A DNA stretch of 64,000 bases from the human T2T-CHM13v2.0 reference genome, Homo sapiens. Both the position numbers and the translations under genes were made by a program. Shown here in pieces: positions 58,834 to 64,000 of this stretch; within the stretch, counting starts at the first letter, position 1, and every line of letters starts with the position of its first letter. The notes below the pieces were generated by a model that saw nothing but the letters and a program-made list of their open reading frames with translations, was not told where the DNA came from and searched no databases. The DNA lies in assembly GCF_009914755.1 (NCBI RefSeq), contig NC_060930.1; one strand, 5' to 3'.

Positions 58834-61800
58834 AACGGAAGAGGTTCTCTGTGTGAACATGTTGACTAAATACAAAAGGGTTATAAAAGGTCTTTGCTTC
58901 TTTAAAATTTCTGAGTCATCGTTTTGGCAAAATAAATAACTTATAGCAATCTGGAATTCCCAAAATCAAACATCGGTTTCAAAAATCTCTTCCCTGGCAC
59001 CTGGCTTTTTGAATACTTCAGCGGGCCCCTGAAGTGTCCAGAAAAGACAGGTAAACAGGATTATTTGACACGTTTAGGTACATGGGATTGCCAAAATGAT
59101 GCTCAATCTTCTTTAGGCTATATTTTTGTGAATAATACTAATATATATTTCAAAATTGTATGGGATTTCTAAAATAGTATAAGCTATTAATTATAGTTAT
59201 GTTAAGTTATTGTAAACTGCAGAAACAACCAAATTTTCTTGTATAAAGCTACTAACCCAAGTAAAACAAAAACTTAATTAAATATCAAGAAAATAATTTC
59301 ATGTTAAACCAGCTAATACTGAAATTGTTTAAAATAGTTTATAACCAATGCTTGATGCCATATTCCTGGGAAAACAAAGCTTCAGATATGTTTGGTCACG
59401 TGGTCGCCCATTTAAACATTTTATAAAGGAATTTTATTCATTTGTTATTTTCTTTTTCTGTTTATTTTTTCTTTTTAAATGGTTTCATTTTATGTGCAAA
59501 TAATGAACAGATGTTATACTCATAAATTCTACTTTCCAAAAACAGGAGCTTTTTAAAAGAAAACCATATAATAACTTTTAAAAGGCACTGGGATTCCTCT
59601 GCTTCTAGAACATTGCTAGGCTAGAAAAATAAAGTTTGTTCTACCAGCAGTCACAAGTTAGAACTGAGTATTCTCCAAAATGGAAATTCTAGAGTGTAGT
59701 GTCACTCCAGGCAAAGATTATTCAGTTCTCATCCCCAATATCCACAACTACCTATCAGAAGGGTTAAACCAGGTCAAAACAGTCCAGAATAATTAGGCTT
59801 CATCAAACAATGTCATTGTGCTCTTCTAAGATACAAATAAACCAAAACAGGAAATACTAAAATCAAAATAACATTTGACACTGTTATACAAATTGTTAGT
59901 TCCTTGTTGTATCCCCCCTTCTGTAACGTTAATAAACGGAATATTTTATTGCAAAGAATATTTTATTTTATACATCACTAGCCATGAATTTTTGCCATTA
60001 GTTGTTATACAAATGCTGCCTAGTGCCATTATCCAAATAGCATAACCATTTTACATCCACAATTCACTTCTATAGTTAGAAGTAGAATTTTCATGATTTA
60101 CATACGTACATCTATCAGTGAAGATTTAACACTGAGATGCAATCTAACATTCGTAATATCTGATGTTTTGCAGATGTCAATGTAGGAAAGATATGTTTTA
60201 ATCACTTTTCATTTAAGTGACCTTATGTAAAAAATAAACTAATAATTTAGCAGTTCCAAGTCTGTAAAGGACATTTTCAAATGTACATAAAAGAAATGGT
60301 TACAGAGATTTTTAAGATGTGTTTTCCATGCCTACATGCTCTTGTAACTGCTGTACCATTTTCTCTTCCAGCTGCTTCTCTTTGCCTGCAAGAGGGGCTT
60401 GAATAAGATGGATGTTTTGCTTGACTTCTTTGATATCCTGAACTTTCTGTAGCTCTTTATTTTTATTCAGTCTGTTCATTATAAATTTAGCTTGGCATTT
60501 CTGTTTGATTTCTTCAATTTGCTTCATTGCATCAATAGTTTTATTCCATAGCTCTCGCTGGTATTTGATAGGTTCATTTCTACGTTTTTCAAATTCAAAT
60601 GAATTATCCACTGTAAGCTCTTTACCAGCTGCATTCTGGAATGCTTTGATCCACCTAGCTTTGCGAGGACTGCACTTCTTTTAAAAGTTTTTATGACATT
60701 TAGATTTACAAAATCTGAACAACTTGCAATTGTTGTGGACGAACATCATGCCGTGACCAGGGTAGATGGGCCCTGAACAGAAATAACACTTCTCAATACA
60801 CATGTTGAACCCACGTGGGTCCCCACCAAGCAAACACCAAGCTTGAGAGCTCATTTGTTATTTTCAGTGCATGTTTTCTGGTTGTATAAAAGGTTTCCTA
60901 TGCAAGAGGGCTGATGTTATAACAGTAGATTACTACAGTGTATTTTCAACAGGCAAAGAAAGCTTTTTATGATTTGAATCTTCTAGAAGCATCAGAGAAA
61001 GACTGTTCTTGCCATTCACACTACAACAAAACTTTGGGATCTTGAACTTTGAGTTCATAATCTCACAACTGAGAAGGGTCCCTCCAAGCTCTTGGAGCTG
61101 TGTGCCCACTGGAACCCTTAAGGTAAAATTAACCAAAGAAATTTCTCCCAAGAGGAGAATGGCATCCTTACTATGAACAGCTTTTCTCACGTTCACAGAT
61201 TAAGACTTCTACTGTCGTGAAACTTATCTTCGAATATTTTTTGTTGCTTATGCCTCTACAAAAAAATAGAAGTGGAAAAGGTGTCTGTTATGTGCACTTA
61301 TGGTGTATACTCTTACTTGCGAAGGAGTTTGTAACCAGCTTTTTAAATGGGTAAACTTATACTTTGATAGATAAAAGATGAAGGCCCAATGTAGGTAAGA
61401 AACTTTAAAGGTACATGCTTTGCCTCATAATCAAAAACAAAACATTGGTTCACTCCTCTTAACCCACATCATGGGTTAAAGAGAACATTGCCAGAAGGCC
61501 TTCACTCTTCTAAAAAGGCATCATTTGTTAGGTCCTTTTTCCATGGTTTAAAGAAAAAGAAGCAATGATTAGAAATATATCCCTCACAATAGGTTCTATA
61601 GCAAATTCTACTGTAAAGGCTATAGTTACACAATAGACTCTAAATTACCTTGTGAAAGTTATGATAGAATTGGCTAAACAGAGAAGTATCTGTGCAGCTG
61701 CTGGCACTTGTGGCCTATGGAAAAATACGTCAAATGAAGATTACAGAAATTCAGTGGTAGAGGATTGACAAAGAAATTGCTAAGTCAAGTGAGTAAATTC

Positions 61801-63000
61801 TTTATCTAGCTGATCCTTTGATCTATTTGATTTTAAGAGGTTTGGTTTATGGGGACCTTGGGTAAGGAGCACACTCCAAACTCTTGGTATCATCCTCCCA
61901 ATAGTCATAATAATAGTCTCCCTGGTGCACTGCATTCCCTCGAAGGTTTTAAATGCTTGCATGTAGCCATCTCCAGAATGTCAAATGGTCTTTCTTCAGC
62001 TGGAATAACAAGAGCTGAAGGAAATGTGCAACCATGAGGACCCCTTAACCTATGAATGATGTGCTGAGACCAGAAGCCCAAAATGATGGTAACTGAGAGC
62101 AGCACTAAGGCCCTAAGTTTTGGTTACACTCTCACCTGAGAACCTGACCAAAAAGGGGAAATTTTTTTAACAAAATTCTGGAAGGCCATTGTTTCGGACT
62201 AGGCTTATGCACTAGGCCCCAACAAACCAAACCAAACCAAAAGGGAGTCACTTCTGCTAAGACTTTAAGGAAACACATAGATTTCTAGAACAAACCAGGT
62301 TTTGTTTTTTCTCCTGCAAACCTCTATAACAAACATTTCTGAGAGCATAGGTATCCACCCCCGAAGTTCCCATTAAATCTTTTAACCAAATTCATTTCCT
62401 CTTGCTTAGAAATCATCAAGCTTCAGATGATCATGAAACAAAGGTTCCAGCCACCTCCATGTGAAGACACCACCCCTGGCCATCAAGAAGCTACCTTGCC
62501 TTCACTAGACAGAACAGGGAGAGAGTTCCATGATCCACAATAGGTAGGGACTACGCCCCAAGGTAGCATGAAGCAGTTACAGAAAAAAGACCATCAGTCC
62601 CTCTGCCTCCCATAAAGATTTATGGGGATCACATCTCTCAGGGAGGAAATGAGACAGGAAAATAAGGTCTGGAGGCAGGGAACATAAGGCCAATTCATAC
62701 TTCAGCTATAAAAGGAAATATCCTCTCCATAGGGCATATGCTGTAAATGACTTTGTAACTTTACCTCATCCTGTCTGTTTATATAGGGCTTCCGAAGTAA
62801 CAAATAAGAATTCTCTAGGGGTTAAACTCCTGAAAATTCTGTAACGGGGCCTTTGAGCCCCTAGGTTCAGGTCCACTCCCACACTGTGGAGTGTACTTTC
62901 ATTTTCAATAAAACCCTTAATTCCTTCATTGCTTTGTTTGTGAGTTTTGTCCAATTCTTCGTTTAAGACGCCAGAACCTGCACACCCTCCACCGTTAACA
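58834..63000 (+). mobile_element. 5'-truncated MER4-group ERV: internal sequence plus 3' LTR (MER61A-like, 62650-63000), hosting the RSL24D1 retrocopy
   Basis: AT-rich MER4-type internal sequence with an env-TM-like relic near 61560-62000, PPT AGGGAGGAAA, then TGAGACAGGAAAATAAGGTCTGGAGGCAGGGAAC...CCACCGTTAACA. No 5' LTR. Confidence 0.82.
59453..60850 (-). pseudogene. RSL24D1P1: Processed pseudogene of RSL24D1 (ribosome biogenesis factor RLP24); CDS remnant 60803..60312
   Basis: [22 protein letters not shown]...[29 protein letters not shown]...; 492-nt frame preserved with one premature TAA near 60681. Intronless, poly(A) remnant, 15-bp TSD TCATTTGTTATTTTC (59438-59452 and 60851-60865). Confidence 0.95.
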
Positions 63001-63100
63001 GTTACCTAAAATGGTGTTGGTGGTAAGAGACTTGGGGGAAATGGAGTGCAAGGGATATGGGAGGCCACTTCTCTGAGTTTACCTTTTGTTAGACCTTTAA

Positions 63101-63451
<351 letters not shown>

Positions 63452-64000
63452 TAAGTAAGGATGGGTAGTGGAGAAAACTAAGGTTGAAAGCAAGTTAAAG
63501 CAAATGAACTCAATTTTATTCCATAGTACGACTACATGGAAAGGAAAATAACATAATTTGTGGACAGGGCATTTGACAGTACACCTTCACTCTTTGGCCA
63601 AGAGAGTGAGGATGGTAAGGAGACAGGGGTGTGTGTATGGAGAAATGCAAACAAATCTTTAACTCTATTTATTTATTTGGTTAGTTGTTACAATCACCTA
63701 CTGAACCTCTTTTAATGGATAGTTTTTGTTAGTAGATGGGCAAAGCAATTCCAAAACTATTGTATGTGTATTATATGATACAGCAGGTGAGTAAATATGC
63801 TAATCTTGTTGGAATTAGGGGTCTCAATGTGGAAAAAGGGACACATACAAATATAGAATGGGAGAATATAAGAAAGAATCCTGAAGAGATGAATGGATTG
63901 AAATGGGAGGTATGGGTGTGAGCTCATGATTTTTTTATTTTTTATTATTTTTTATTATTTTATTATCATTTTATTTTTTTTTGGAGACAGGGTCTCTGTC

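Noticed and set aside
62150-62260. Second PPT plus LTR-like start inside the MER4-group internal region
   Set aside because: As I recall, this is a common built-in feature of MER4-group internal consensus sequences rather than a locus-specific event.

Overview
Primate (human-like) genomic DNA with no intact protein-coding gene. The long ORFs are Alu, L1, ERV or pseudogene read-throughs. The content fits my recollection of the human 6p22.1 (extended MHC) tRNA cluster, which I cannot verify here. It holds five full-length tRNA genes: Leu-TAA, Thr-AGT, a decaying Val-CAC, Val-AAC and the iMet variant with a GATCT T-loop. It also holds four eroded tRNA relics (three Val, one Ser-like), a tailless 5S rRNA retro-fragment with a target-site duplication, and processed pseudogenes of GPR89 and RSL24D1. 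Mobile elements include a degenerate class III (ERVL-like) provirus, a 5'-truncated MER61-type ERV, several solo LTRs (LTR5_Hs, LTR2, LTR6-like, THE1, MER31 and others), DNA-transposon relics, L1 fragments and more than 40 Alu/FLAM elements. The most striking unexplained structure is the density of fossil local rearrangements. There are four inverted copies of sequence lying 1-3 kb away, two of them wrapped in snap-back hairpins and reiterated microrepeats and one bounding an inversion that split a FLAM. There are also ancient tRNA-Val cassette duplications, a tRNA-flank filler inside an Alu, and a ~125-bp duplication around a one-LTR provirus. The GPR89 retrocopy also preserves an apparent 20-nt cryptic splice-acceptor extension. 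Repeat family names come from memory of consensus sequences, and repeat boundaries are approximate.
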